Positions 1 through 9,987 are shown, counted from the stretch's first letter. The stretch: 64,000 nucleotides of DNA from Candidatus Sericytochromatia bacterium (GCA_036676985.1 JAKFBU010000001.1:32001-96000), one strand, 5' to 3'. Notes: generated by a model from the sequence alone, not told the origin. Numbers and translations: made by a program.

Positions 1-1
1 G

Positions 2-106
2 GCCGTCGTGATGCTCCTGGTCCAGAACCTGTACGTGCCGCGCATGGACCGAGAGACGGAGCCCCAGCTGGTGCGGCCTCCGGAGCCGCCCGCGAGCGCC
101 TCCTGA
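2..106 (+). CDS. 3' end of a gene entering from the left; C-terminus resembles an AI-2E/PerM-family membrane protein (partial)
   Basis: Frame 2 reads AVVMLLVQNLYVPRMDRETEPQLVRPPEPPASAS-stop with GC3-rich codons; family guessed from the 'VMLLVQxLYV' tail only. Confidence 0.45.
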   Translation, partial: AVVMLLVQNLYVPRMDRETEPQLVRPPEPPASAS

Positions 107-136
107 AACAAAAACGGGCCGCCCGCAGGCGGCCCG
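107..136 (-). terminator. Rho-independent terminator for hemA (possibly bidirectional)
   Basis: CGGGCCGCC-CGCA-GGCGGCCCG stem-loop (115-136) preceded by an A-tract, which is a U-tract on the minus strand. Confidence 0.75.
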
Positions 137-141
137 CTGGA

Positions 142-1464
142 CTAGTTCGACACCCTCCGGCGCCGCTCGGTGATCTTGCGGCGGTAGTGGTCGTTCAGGT
201 TCTCCACCTTGAGGCCGAAGAGCGCCTTGAGCGCCGAGGCATGCCGCTGCTGGTCGGGGCCGCTCATGCGCTTGAGCTCGGCGGTGGGGTGGTGCAGGAT
301 CTTGTTGACGAGCGCCTGGGTCATCTCCTCGACCATCGCCCGCTGCTCGGGGCTGAAGGCCTCGGCATGCTTGCCGAAGAACCGCTGCAGCTCGACCTCG
401 CGCAGCGAGCCGATGCGCTCGCGCAGGGAGGTGATCATGGGCGTGAGCCGGAAGTTCTGGGTCCAGGTCTCGAACTCCGCCGTCTCCTCGGCGAGGATGG
501 CGAGCACCTCGTCCACGATGCCCGCACGCTCGCTGCGGTTGCGATCCGCCACGGACTGCAGGTCGTCGATGTCGTAGAGCTGGACGCTCGGCAGGGTGCG
601 CAGGTCGGGGTCCAGGTTGCGCGGCACCGAGATGTCGATGAACACCATCGGGCGGGTCCGGCCGCCGATCAAGGGCTCCAGGTCGGCGGCCTTGAGCACG
701 TAGTGCGGGGCCCCGGTGCAGCAGATGATGACGTCCGCCTGGGCGAGCGTCGGCGCCAGGTCGATCCAGGCGATCGCCCGGCCGCCCACGGCCTTGGCCA
801 GCTGCTCGGCGGTGTCGGTGGTCCGGTTGGCGACCGCGATCTCCTTGAGACCGTAGCCGCCGAGAAGCTTGGCGGCGAGCTCGCTCATCTTGCCCGCGCC
901 CAACAGCAGGATCGAGGCGCCCGTCAGGTCGCCGAAGGCATGGCGCGCGAGCTCCACGGCCGCCGACGAGACCGAGACGGCCCCGCGGGCGATGTCGGTC
1001 TCGGTGCGCACGCGCTTGCCCGCGGTCACGGCCGAGCGGAACAGGCGATCGAGGATGACCCCGGCCGCCCCCGTCTCGAGGGCCTTGTGGTAAGCATCCT
1101 TGACCTGGCTGAGGATCTGACCCTCGCCCAGCACCAGGCTCTCGAGGCCCGCCGCCACCCGGAACAGGTGGGCGATCGCCTCGTTGTCGGCCAGGAATTC
1201 ACAGTGCTCTTCGAGGGTGGCCATGGCCAGGCCGGTCTCCCCATGCAGGAAACCGGCGAGCGACTGGCGCCCCACTGGCAGGGTCTCGACGACGGCGTAG
1301 ATTTCGGTTCGGTTGCAGGTCGAGAGGATGACGGCCTCGTGGACCTGGGGCTCGTTGAGCAGCCTGGCGAGGTATCCAGGAAGGCCGCTCCCGGACATGG
1401 CCGCCCGCTCCCGTACCTCGACGGGGGTGGCCACATGACTGAGCCCAAGCATCAGAACGTGCAT
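142..1464 (-). CDS. hemA: Glutamyl-tRNA reductase
   Basis: STCNRTEIY catalytic motif, GLESLVLGEGQILSQVK, GAGKMS Rossmann motif, DISVPRN; start placed at the ATG of MHVLMLGLSH with GGAG upstream. Confidence 0.97.
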   Translation of the reverse strand: MHVLMLGLSHVATPVEVRERAAMSGSGLPGYLARLLNEPQVHEAVILSTCNRTEIYAVVETLPVGRQSLAGFLHGETGLAMATLEEHCEFLADNEAIAHLFRVAAGLESLVLGEGQILSQVKDAYHKALETGAAGVILDRLFRSAVTAGKRVRTETDIARGAVSVSSAAVELARHAFGDLTGASILLLGAGKMSELAAKLLGGYGLKEIAVANRTTDTAEQLAKAVGGRAIAWIDLAPTLAQADVIICCTGAPHYVLKAADLEPLIGGRTRPMVFIDISVPRNLDPDLRTLPSVQLYDIDDLQSVADRNRSERAGIVDEVLAILAEETAEFETWTQNFRLTPMITSLRERIGSLREVELQRFFGKHAEAFSPEQRAMVEEMTQALVNKILHHPTAELKRMSGPDQQRHASALKALFGLKVENLNDHYRRKITERRRRVSN

Positions 1465-1806
1465 GGATGTTGCTACTCCCAACGCCGCGTCCGGGGTCTC
1501 CAAGCCGCGGCTTGAAAAAATTATAGCCGACCAACCCTCGCCATGGGCCGGTTCCGGTGAACAAAAGGTAAAGATTTCTTGCTACAAGGGCGCTACCCTC
1601 ATATCTTACGGCCCGCTCCACCGGCATCAATCCGTAGTTTCCCCCCATCCCGGGCTCCCGGGCGGCGCGGTAAGTTGAAATCAAAGACAGGATGGCGTTT
1701 TTGCGGCTGCTCGCCATTGCTTGCCCCGGATCGGAGCGGCCAGTAGAATGAGGTACGATTTCGCCCACCCGACGCCGTTTTCGGGCGGATCAACGGAAGG
1801 ACCCCT

Positions 1807-3180
1807 ATGTCCACGAGTACGACCCCTACCGAGGAGACCCTCGGATCCCCGCAAAAGCCCGAGGCCTTCTGGCCCTCCTTCACGAAATTCTGGAGCTCGG
1901 TCAAGCTCGGCATCGTCCTGATGCTGGCGATCGCCGCGGCCTCCATCATCGGGACCATCGTCCCGCAGGGTGACCCCTCCGGGATCACCAACCTCAAGAT
2001 GAGCGACGGGGCCAAGCAATTCTTCCTGGCCATCGGCGCGCACAACGTCTACTACTCCGGCTGGTTCATGAGCCTGCTGGCCTTGTTCTTCCTCAACCTC
2101 ATGATGTCGACGGTGACCACGGTCATCCCGCGGCTCAAGGTGGGGCTGCGCAAGCCGCCCGAGGTCTCCGTCAGCGTCCAGGAGCGCCACCACGACAACA
2201 AGGTCTACCTGCCCGCCCAGGAGATCGACTCGGTCGCCCGCGCCCTCAAGCAGCACGGCTACCGGGTCTATCAGGCCAAGAACGGCGGCGTGGTCGCCCA
2301 CAAGGGCCGCTGGAGCCGCTTCTCGCCCCTGGTCACCCACCTGGGGCTCTTCACGATCCTGATCGGCGGCCTCGTCAGCGGCCTGGCGGTCTTCAAGGCC
2401 TCGGTGCCGCTCTTCCCGGGCGAGACCATCCATGCCAACCAGATCGTCGAGCGCCTGGCCCAGCCGCGCGGCCTCTTCGCGCGCCACAACTACAACTGGG
2501 AGGTCCGCCTCGACAAGTTCTGGATGGACTACTACTCGCCCGACCGCGTCAAGCAGTTCTACAGCAACCTGTCGATCGTCAAGGACGGCAAGGTCGTCGA
2601 GACCAAGAAGATCTGGGTCAACGAGCCCTTCGTCTATGACGGCATGTGGTTCTACCAGTCCTTCTGGGGGGTCGGCGGCGCCAACGTCGTGGTCGACGGC
2701 AAGCCGCAGCGCGTCGAGCTGCAGAGCGGCGAGCCCATCGGCCTGCGCGGCTCCCTGTCGCGCCTGACGGAGATCGGCAAGCAGAGCTTCATCTTCTACC
2801 TGCCCACCGAGCGCTCGGACCTCATGATCCTCCGCTTCAACCAGGGCGACACGCGGCCCATGCCGGTGGCCCAGATCGCCCCCGGCAAGTCGGCGACCGT
2901 CAACGGGTCCACCGTCACCTTCGAGGGCCCGGCCCTCTACAGCGGCCTGCAAACCAAGTCGGACCCCGGCATCCCGGTGGTCTACACCGGCTTCGTGATC
3001 ACCATGCTGGGAACCGCCCTGGCCTTTTTCGGTCTAAGGCAAGTATGGGTTGGCCCCCGCGAGGACGGCTACCTCATGTCCGGCAAGGCCAACCGCGGCC
3101 ATGCCGTCTTCCAGCAGGAGCTGGTCCGCATCGCCATCAAGCTAGGAGCCAAAGCCAATGAACAACCTAATCGGGCTTGA
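1807..3180 (+). CDS. ccsB: Cytochrome c biogenesis protein CcsB/Ccs1/ResB (System II)
   Basis: SIIGTIVPQG, VYYSGWF, conserved His in LVTHLG, IWVNEPF, KSDPG followed by a TM segment; overlaps ccsA. Confidence 0.93.
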   Translation: MSTSTTPTEETLGSPQKPEAFWPSFTKFWSSVKLGIVLMLAIAAASIIGTIVPQGDPSGITNLKMSDGAKQFFLAIGAHNVYYSGWFMSLLALFFLNLMMSTVTTVIPRLKVGLRKPPEVSVSVQERHHDNKVYLPAQEIDSVARALKQHGYRVYQAKNGGVVAHKGRWSRFSPLVTHLGLFTILIGGLVSGLAVFKASVPLFPGETIHANQIVERLAQPRGLFARHNYNWEVRLDKFWMDYYSPDRVKQFYSNLSIVKDGKVVETKKIWVNEPFVYDGMWFYQSFWGVGGANVVVDGKPQRVELQSGEPIGLRGSLSRLTEIGKQSFIFYLPTERSDLMILRFNQGDTRPMPVAQIAPGKSATVNGSTVTFEGPALYSGLQTKSDPGIPVVYTGFVITMLGTALAFFGLRQVWVGPREDGYLMSGKANRGHAVFQQELVRIAIKLGAKANEQPNRA

Positions 3181-4072
3181 GCAGGCCTTCATCAACGTGC
3201 TCTTCTGGGCGTCGCTCGCGAGCAGCGCCCTGTTCCTGGTCGAACTGGCCGGTAAGCAGGCCTGGGCGCGCCCGGCCGGCATCTTCGGCATGGTCGTCGG
3301 CATCGTCTGCAGCACGGCCGCCATGGTCCTGCGCTACGTCTACGCCGGCTACCCCCCGCTCTCCAACCTCTTCGAAAGCCTCTTGTTCCTCATCTTCGGG
3401 GTCCAGCTCATCTTCCTCATCGTCCAGTTCACGCTCAAGCCGCGCGTCTTCGGCGTGGCGGCGGCTCCTCTGGTCACGCTGCTGGTCGGCTTCGCGTCGA
3501 TCCTGCCGGCTCGCCTCAAGGATGCCCACCCCCTGATGCCCGCCCTGCAGAGCTACTGGCTCAAGATCCACGTGACGCTCATGCTCCTGAGCTACGCGGC
3601 CTTCATGCTCGCCTTCACGGCGGCCATCGTGTACCTGGTCCTGTACTACACCAAGGCCAAGAAGGAGCGGCAGGACAACCCCGAGGGCGGCTCGGGCGGA
3701 GGCGGCATGCTCGTCCTCGAGACGGGCGGCACCATGGGCGGCACCAAGGTCGGCCAGCACCTGCTGTTCCTGGACGACATGACCTACCGCCTCATCCTGG
3801 CGGGCTTCCCCATCCTCGCCTTCGGCATCATCACGGGCGGCATGTGGGCCAACCACGCCTGGGGCACCTACTGGAGCTGGGACCCCAAGGAGACGTGGTC
3901 GCTCATCACCTGGCTGGTCTACGCCGGCTACCTCCATGCCCGCCTCACGCGCGACTGGAAGGATCACAAGGCGGCCTGGATGGCGGTCGTGGGCTTCGTG
4001 TCCGTGCTCGTCACCTACCTGGGCGTCAACTACCTCGCCCAGGGGCTGCACACCTACGGCAGCCTGCTCTAG
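3158..4072 (+). CDS. ccsA: Cytochrome c biogenesis protein CcsA/ResC
   Basis: PLSNLFESL, PALQSYWLKIHV, WWD motif WANHAWGTYWSWDPKETW, C-terminal GLHTYG. Confidence 0.97.
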   Translation: MNNLIGLEQAFINVLFWASLASSALFLVELAGKQAWARPAGIFGMVVGIVCSTAAMVLRYVYAGYPPLSNLFESLLFLIFGVQLIFLIVQFTLKPRVFGVAAAPLVTLLVGFASILPARLKDAHPLMPALQSYWLKIHVTLMLLSYAAFMLAFTAAIVYLVLYYTKAKKERQDNPEGGSGGGGMLVLETGGTMGGTKVGQHLLFLDDMTYRLILAGFPILAFGIITGGMWANHAWGTYWSWDPKETWSLITWLVYAGYLHARLTRDWKDHKAAWMAVVGFVSVLVTYLGVNYLAQGLHTYGSLL

Positions 4073-4087
4073 GACCGGACGTTCGCT

Positions 4088-4125
4088 CGTCACGGGCGCC
4101 CCGCGATCGCGGGGCGCCCGTGACG
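4088..4125. repeat. Perfect 38-bp palindrome centred on GCGATCGC, downstream of ccsA
   Basis: CGTCACGGGCGCCCCGCGATCGCGGGGCGCCCGTGACG equals its own reverse complement; no U-tract. Confidence 0.9.
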
Positions 4126-4241
4126 CGTTCGGGGCCCGTCCGACGCCGGTGGCAAGAGGATCGTGCCGTGGGCTTGCCCTCCGCCGGAAAAGGGGTGTAC
4201 CCTAGCCTTGTCGCCTCCAACCTATCCCCCATGAGGTCCGG

Positions 4242-5414
4242 ATGTCCTTAGCTTCGCCCGCGCCCCACAACCCCGACGACATCACGTTCGAACTGCTGCT
4301 GCTCAACCAGGTGGCTCAGCAGCGGGCCAAGGCGCTGCCCCACCCCCTCGCCGCCACGCTGCGCGCGAGCGCCCTGTGGGAGGAGCCGGTCGTGGAGCGC
4401 CAACGGCGCCCCGTCCCGGTCTGGAAGGCGGCCGTGCTCGCGGGCCTCATCGCGCTGACGCCGATGGCCTGGCTGCCCGTCTACGCGGACACCCAGCTCA
4501 AGGTGGGCATGAACGTCATCGACGCCCGCAGCGGCAAGGCGATCGCGGGCGCGCGCATCCTGAGCGAGAACGGCACGCTCCTGGGGACCACGGGGCCGGA
4601 CGGCAAGATCACCCTGGTGGTGCCGTCGGGGGCGAGCGATCGCTTCGTCATCGAGAAGCCCGGCTATCGTTCGTTCCCGGTGATCCGCACCCAGTTGCGG
4701 GACAACAACCTGATCGCCATGCTGCCCGCGCCCAAGTCGGCGGCGAGCCCGACCGGCGCGCCCGTGACGGCGCAGGCGACCCCGCGACCCGCCACGCCCA
4801 AGCCGACGGCACGCCCTGCGACCCCCAAGCCGCCGGTGCGCCCTGCCACGCCGGCGCCCACGGCCAAGCCAGTCAAGCCCGTCGTCGTGCCGCCCAGGGC
4901 GACGCCCAAGCCCACGCCCCGGCCGACCGAGGCTCCTGTCGTGAAGCCCACCGTCCGGCCCACCATGCGCCCCACCGAGGCTCCGGCGGCCCAGCCGTCG
5001 GCCGAGTTTCCGACGCATGCGGCGACCCCGACCACCATGCGCTACAAGCGCTACAAGGTGCGTCCCGGCGACAACCTCTGGAAGATCTCCAAGCGCGAGT
5101 ACGGGGATCCGATGCGCTGGAAGGTGATCTACGAGGTCAACCGCGACGTCATGAAGCGCTCGGACATGATCCAGCCGGGCATGATCCTCAAGCTGCCGAC
5201 CTCGAGCCGGCAGATGATCAAGCAGGGCTGGGTGTTCGTCAAGAAGGGCGACTCGCTCTACGTCCTCGCCGAGCGCTACCTGGGCAACGGCGAGCGCTGG
5301 CCCGAGCTCTACCGGGCCAACCGCCAGCGCATCCAGAACCCGCGCGTCATCCAGCCGGGACAGCGGCTCTACATCCCCAAGAAGGGCCGCAAGGCGCGCA
5401 CCACGCGCCGCTAG
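4242..5414 (+). CDS. LysM peptidoglycan-binding protein (TM/signal segment, carboxypeptidase-regulatory-like domain, Pro/Thr linker, two LysM domains)
   Basis: YKVRPGDNLWKISKREYGDPMRWKVIYEVN and VKKGDSLYVLAERYLGNGERWPELYRAN...IQPGQRLYIP; PATPKP repeats. Confidence 0.85.
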   Translation: MSLASPAPHNPDDITFELLLLNQVAQQRAKALPHPLAATLRASALWEEPVVERQRRPVPVWKAAVLAGLIALTPMAWLPVYADTQLKVGMNVIDARSGKAIAGARILSENGTLLGTTGPDGKITLVVPSGASDRFVIEKPGYRSFPVIRTQLRDNNLIAMLPAPKSAASPTGAPVTAQATPRPATPKPTARPATPKPPVRPATPAPTAKPVKPVVVPPRATPKPTPRPTEAPVVKPTVRPTMRPTEAPAAQPSAEFPTHAATPTTMRYKRYKVRPGDNLWKISKREYGDPMRWKVIYEVNRDVMKRSDMIQPGMILKLPTSSRQMIKQGWVFVKKGDSLYVLAERYLGNGERWPELYRANRQRIQNPRVIQPGQRLYIPKKGRKARTTRR

Positions 5415-6163
5415 CTCAATTCCGACATCGCGAAGCGCTGCGCCCCCTCCAAGGTCAGGTAGGGGGCGCACTCGTAGCCGGGCAGGCCCGGCGCCACCGT
5501 CTCGGCCCAGCCGCCGCAGAGGACGGCCGGGGCCTCCACGCCGAGGGCTGCTCGGATGCGCGTGACCAGGTGGTGGATGAGGCCCACGTGCCCCTCGACC
5601 ATCCCGATCTGGAGGCAGGTGATGGTGTCGGCGCCCCAGGCGGCCTCGGGGCGCACCATGGGCACCGGCGGCAGCTGGGCGGTGTTGCCCACCAGCGCGT
5701 GAGCCGCGGTACCGAGCCCGGGGGCGATGGCGCCGCCCACCACCCGCCCGTCCGCGTCCACGACCGTGAGCGTCGTGGCCGTGCCGCAGTCGACGGCGAT
5801 GCCCGGGGCGTGGCCGCGCGCGAGCAGGGCGCGGGCGTTGGCGAGCCGATCCGCCCCCATGGAGCCCGGCGGCTCGTAGCGCAGATCGAGCCCGGAGGCC
5901 GGGGCGGTCAAGAGCCGCGGCGCGTGTGCCGCCCAAGCGGCCATGAGGACCTCGGCGGCGGCGGGCACCACCGAGACGACGGCGACGGCGTCAGCCGGCG
6001 GGAGATCGGGCGGATCCGCCTGGATCCGCGAGGTCGAAAAGGCCTCGGTGCGGCACAGCGAGCCGCCGACGAACCACCCGAACCGGGTGTTCGTGTTCCC
6101 GATGTTGACGACCAGCGTCCGGGGGTCCTTGCCATGGGCTGGGAAGTCTGGTATCGTGATCAT
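5411..6163 (-). CDS. coaX: Type III pantothenate kinase
   Basis: IGNTNT, VSVVP, GADRLAN, VDCGTATT, GGAIAPG, LTLEG motifs. Confidence 0.93.
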   Translation of the reverse strand: MITIPDFPAHGKDPRTLVVNIGNTNTRFGWFVGGSLCRTEAFSTSRIQADPPDLPPADAVAVVSVVPAAAEVLMAAWAAHAPRLLTAPASGLDLRYEPPGSMGADRLANARALLARGHAPGIAVDCGTATTLTVVDADGRVVGGAIAPGLGTAAHALVGNTAQLPPVPMVRPEAAWGADTITCLQIGMVEGHVGLIHHLVTRIRAALGVEAPAVLCGGWAETVAPGLPGYECAPYLTLEGAQRFAMSELS

Positions 6164-6227
6164 TCGCCGCTTTCCTGAAACGTTTTCCTGAATTTAAGGA
6201 ACCAATTACTTCCTGGAGGAATTAACC

Positions 6228-6419
6228 GTGCCTAAAGTCTGCGAAGTCTGCTCGAAGGGCCCCTCGACGGGCTTCAACGTCAGCCACTCGAACCGCCACA
6301 CGAAGCGTCGTTGGCTTCCGAACCTCCAGAGCGTTCGTGCGAACCTCAACGGCACCGTCCGCAAGCTGCGGGTTTGCACGTCCTGCCTGAAGGCCGGCAA
6401 GGTCGTCCGCGCCGTCTAG
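6228..6419 (+). CDS. rpmB: 50S ribosomal protein L28 (Zn-ribbon type)
   Basis: CEVCSK...[18 protein letters not shown]...[10 protein letters not shown]; GTG start after GGAGGG. Confidence 0.97.
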   Translation: MPKVCEVCSKGPSTGFNVSHSNRHTKRRWLPNLQSVRANLNGTVRKLRVCTSCLKAGKVVRAV

Positions 6420-6440
6420 GCCCGGCGTCCCACTCTACAC

Positions 6441-6475
6441 GGCGAAGGCCGGGCTGGTAAAGCCCGGCCTTCGCC
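6441..6475 (+). terminator. Hairpin after rpmB
   Basis: 15-bp stem GGCGAAGGCCGGGCT / AGCCCGGCCTTCGCC with a 5-nt loop; weak U-tract. Confidence 0.6.
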
Positions 6476-6635
6476 ATTGGCATGGGTACGCGAAATTGCC
6501 TAGCGGCGATCGGGGCAAGGGCGGATGCCCTCCGGGCCCCATTGCGCTAGGCTGGTCGTCCGGGTCGGGGCAGGCCCTCCTCCTCGTGGCTAGGATGCCC
6601 GGGAAGAGGGTATAAACACGCGTGAGGAGCCCATC

Positions 6636-8393
6636 GTGAGCCCGCTGCGCCTGCAACCCATCCTGACCGCGCTCGTCGTGACGCTGACGACGCTCCTCGC
6701 CATGCTCGCGGGCATGTTCGAGGCCCCCGAGCGCGCCACCTTGGTCGCGCGCCTGCTCGCGCGCGGGCCGCTCGCGCCCCGCGCGGACGTGGTCGTCGTC
6801 GCCCTCGACGAGGCGGCGCTGGCCCGCTACGGCCAGATGCCCTGGGACCGGCGCCGCTTCGCGGAGCTGCTGGACCGCCTCCATGCGGACGGCGCGCGCG
6901 CCGTGGGCCTGGACGTGGCCTTCCACGAGCCGGCCCGCGACCCGGCCGAGGACCGGGCCCTGGAGGCGGCCATCCGCCGCATGGGCCGGGTCATCCTGCC
7001 CGCCTACCGTGCGTATGCGGGCGATCGCCAGGACACGACCCTCTTCAAGCCCTTGCCCGCCTTCGAGGCGGCGGCCGCCGCCCTCGGCCTCGTGCAGTTC
7101 AACTCCGCCCAGGAGCTCATGACGCTCGGCCTCGAGCCGGTCCAGCAGGAGAGCCGGGCCGTGCTGCCCATCTTCGGGCTGGCGCTCGCCCGCGCGGCGG
7201 GCCTCGAAATCCCCGCGCCCCGGCCCGGCTACCTCAATCCGCTGGGCCCGGCCCACCACTTCCGCGAGCTGAGCTTCGGCGCGGCCCTCGCAGCCCCACC
7301 GGGCGCCTTCAAGGACCGGATCGTGCTGGTGGGCGCCACCGCCCGCGGCCTGCCCGACACCAACTTCGTGAGCCCCTTCCAGTCACGGGGCCCCGTGAGC
7401 GGGGTGGAGCTGCATGCCACCGCGCTGAGCAACCTCGCCGCGGGCAACCTCCTGCACCGCCTGCCCGCGGGCTGGAACGCCCTCGGCCTGTTGCTGCTCG
7501 GCCTCTTGCCGGGCAGCCTGCTCGCCTCCGACCGCCCGGGCCCGCTCAGGACCCGCCTCTTGGCCCTCTTGGGGCTGGTGGCGGGCCTCGTGGCCCTCGC
7601 GCAGGGACTGCTCCTGGCGGGCTGGTGGCTCGAGCTGGTGCCGGGGCTCGCCGTCCTGGGGCTGTGCTTCGTGGTGGGCCTCGCGTTCCAGCATGCGCGC
7701 CTCTTGGGCGATCGCAACCGCATGCTCGAGTGGTACGCGGCCGACCTCGCCCGCGAGGCCAAGCGCGAGCGCGAGCGGATCGACGGGGAGCTGCACGATG
7801 AGGCCCAGCAGTTGCTCATCGCTTTGACGCGCGACCTGAGACGGGTTAGAAAGAATCTGGCGGAGGCCTTGCCGGAGGCCGGCGAACGGCTGGCCCAGGC
7901 CGAGGCCCTCGGCAAGCGGATCCTCGACGAGATCATGCGCGTGCGAAAGGACCTCATGCCCCACACCCTGAGCCGCTCCGGGCTCAAGGCCGCCGTCGAG
8001 GAGATGGCGAGCGACTACGCCCGGCGCTCGGCGTCGTGCGCGGTGCACGTGGAGGTGGGGGACTGGCCCGAGCGCCTCGACCCGGTCCTCGAGTCGGAGC
8101 TGTACTGGCTCATCAAGGAGTCGCTCAACAACGCCGCCAAGCACGCCCAGGCCGGGCAGATTCGCCTGAGGCTGGAGCGTCGGGGCCCCGTGGCCGTGGT
8201 GGGCATCGAGGACGACGGCCGGGGCTTCCGGGTGCCGGATCTCGAGCGCGCGCCCTCGGGACCCGAGCACAGCGGCCTGCATCGCATGTGGCTGCGCGCC
8301 AGGGCCCTCCGGGGCGGTCTTTCGGTCGAATCCACTCCCGGTCGGGGCACCCGGCTGGAGCTCAAGGTACCCGTGGAAGGAGTCGCACGATGA
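6636..8393 (+). CDS. CHASE2-domain sensor histidine kinase (HisKA_3/NarX-like)
   Basis: CHASE2 motifs VVVALDE, PWDR, GLDVAF, IVLVGATA, GVELHA followed by 3 TM; ELHDE H-box, ESLNNAAKHA, EDDGRGF, STPGRGT. Confidence 0.92.
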   Translation: MSPLRLQPILTALVVTLTTLLAMLAGMFEAPERATLVARLLARGPLAPRADVVVVALDEAALARYGQMPWDRRRFAELLDRLHADGARAVGLDVAFHEPARDPAEDRALEAAIRRMGRVILPAYRAYAGDRQDTTLFKPLPAFEAAAAALGLVQFNSAQELMTLGLEPVQQESRAVLPIFGLALARAAGLEIPAPRPGYLNPLGPAHHFRELSFGAALAAPPGAFKDRIVLVGATARGLPDTNFVSPFQSRGPVSGVELHATALSNLAAGNLLHRLPAGWNALGLLLLGLLPGSLLASDRPGPLRTRLLALLGLVAGLVALAQGLLLAGWWLELVPGLAVLGLCFVVGLAFQHARLLGDRNRMLEWYAADLAREAKRERERIDGELHDEAQQLLIALTRDLRRVRKNLAEALPEAGERLAQAEALGKRILDEIMRVRKDLMPHTLSRSGLKAAVEEMASDYARRSASCAVHVEVGDWPERLDPVLESELYWLIKESLNNAAKHAQAGQIRLRLERRGPVAVVGIEDDGRGFRVPDLERAPSGPEHSGLHRMWLRARALRGGLSVESTPGRGTRLELKVPVEGVAR

Positions 8394-9046
8394 ACAAGCT
8401 GCGTGTCGTGGTCGCGGACGATCACACCATCGTCCGGCGAGGGACCTGCGAGCTCCTGGAGGAGGCCGCGGACATCGAGGTGGTCGGCGAGGCCGCAAAC
8501 GGCCGAGAAGCCATCGAGGCCATCGAGCGGTTGAAGCCGGATGCGCTCGTCATGGACCTCAGCATGCCGGTCCTGGACGGGGTCGAGGCCACCAAGGAGC
8601 TCCGGGCGAACCATCCGGGCCTCGGCATCGTCATCCTCTCGGCCCACGATGAGGAGGACTTCGTCCTGCGCGCCCTGCAGGCCGGTGCGAACGGCTACCT
8701 GCTCAAGACGGCCGACGAGGAGCAGCTCCAGGAGGCGGTACGGCTGGTGGCCGCGGGCCGACCGGCCCTCTTGCAGCCGGAGGTGACGAGCGTGGTCATG
8801 GGCTCGTTTCAGGCCCCGAAGAAGCCCGCCGTCGAGGCGCTCTCGGACCGGGAGCTGGAGGTCATCCGCGAGGTGGCCAAGGATCTGGGGAACAAGCAAA
8901 TCGCGAGCCGCCTCGGCATCAGCGAGCGGACGGTCCAGCAGCACCTGAGCAACATCTTCGGCAAGCTCGCCGTCTCCTCGCGCACCGGAGCGGCCCTCAA
9001 GGCCCTGCAAGAGGGCTGGATCACCCTGGAGGACACGCGGCTATGA
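8390..9046 (+). CDS. NarL/LuxR-family response regulator
   Basis: VADDH, VMDLSMPVLDG, GYLLK, LSDRELEV HTH; ATGA overlap with the kinase stop. Confidence 0.95.
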   Translation: MNKLRVVVADDHTIVRRGTCELLEEAADIEVVGEAANGREAIEAIERLKPDALVMDLSMPVLDGVEATKELRANHPGLGIVILSAHDEEDFVLRALQAGANGYLLKTADEEQLQEAVRLVAAGRPALLQPEVTSVVMGSFQAPKKPAVEALSDRELEVIREVAKDLGNKQIASRLGISERTVQQHLSNIFGKLAVSSRTGAALKALQEGWITLEDTRL

Positions 9047-9987
9047 TCACGCGCCTCTTCGCCTTCTTCCTCTGCCTGGGCCTCCTCCTGGGCGACCTGC
9101 CGGCCTTCGCGGCGGGCCTCGCCCGTCTGACGGAGCTCAAGGGCGACGTCCAGGTCATGCCCAAGGGCGGTGCCTGGCACCCGGCGGCCGAGAACGAGGA
9201 GCTCGCGGCGGGCGACGCCGTGAAGACAGGCGCCCAGTCCAGCGCGACGGTGGTCCGCAAGGACGGCACGGAGCTGGAGCTTATGGCCTTCGCCCAGCTC
9301 GCTATCGAGGACGAGAACGGCTTCTTCCTCTCGGCTGGCCGAGCCTGGAGCCACTTCGTCAAGAGCATGGGACTGCCCTTCTACATCCGCACGCCCAACG
9401 CCACGGCCCTCATCCGGGGTACGACGCTCGGCGTCGAGTTCGAAGCGGAGCGATCGCGCGTGGTCGTCTACGAGGGCCTCGTCGAGGTCCAGGGCCGGGA
9501 TGGCCGGCGCGAGAACGTCGCGGGCGGCTTCCGGCTGGACGTGGACCGGGCGGGCCGTCTGGAGCGCCTGGAGCGCGCGGATGCCCGCGAGCTCGACGAG
9601 GGTCGGGGCTTCCGCGCGCGGCGCGGCCTCGAGGAGCGCTCCGAGCGCGGCATGCTGGCGCCGGGTCGCCAAGGGGATCGTCGGGAGCGGGACAAGGGCG
9701 AGCGCCGGGAGCGTGGCGGCGAGGACAAGCGGGGACGCGAGGAGCCCCGGCGCGCTCTGGAGCTGCGGCCGGGCCTCGAGGGCAAGGAAGGCCTGGAGCG
9801 GCGCATGGAGCGCATCGAGCGCAAGCTCGGCGACCGCATGATCCAGCGCGAGGAGAAAATGCGCGACCGGCGTCAGGAGGCGATCGACAGCCTCAAGCGA
9901 CAGCTGGAGCGAAACGAGCGCCAGGAGCGTGAAGAAGAGCGGGAGAACGGTCGGCTTCGCGATCTGCTGCCCGGAGTGCTGCCGTGA
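9043..9987 (+). CDS. Secreted FecR-domain protein with a charged Arg/Glu C-terminal tail
   Basis: Signal peptide ending AFA; GDAVKTG, IRTPNATALIRGT, VYEGLVEV FecR motifs. Confidence 0.85.
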   Translation: MITRLFAFFLCLGLLLGDLPAFAAGLARLTELKGDVQVMPKGGAWHPAAENEELAAGDAVKTGAQSSATVVRKDGTELELMAFAQLAIEDENGFFLSAGRAWSHFVKSMGLPFYIRTPNATALIRGTTLGVEFEAERSRVVVYEGLVEVQGRDGRRENVAGGFRLDVDRAGRLERLERADARELDEGRGFRARRGLEERSERGMLAPGRQGDRRERDKGERRERGGEDKRGREEPRRALELRPGLEGKEGLERRMERIERKLGDRMIQREEKMRDRRQEAIDSLKRQLERNERQEREEERENGRLRDLLPGVLP

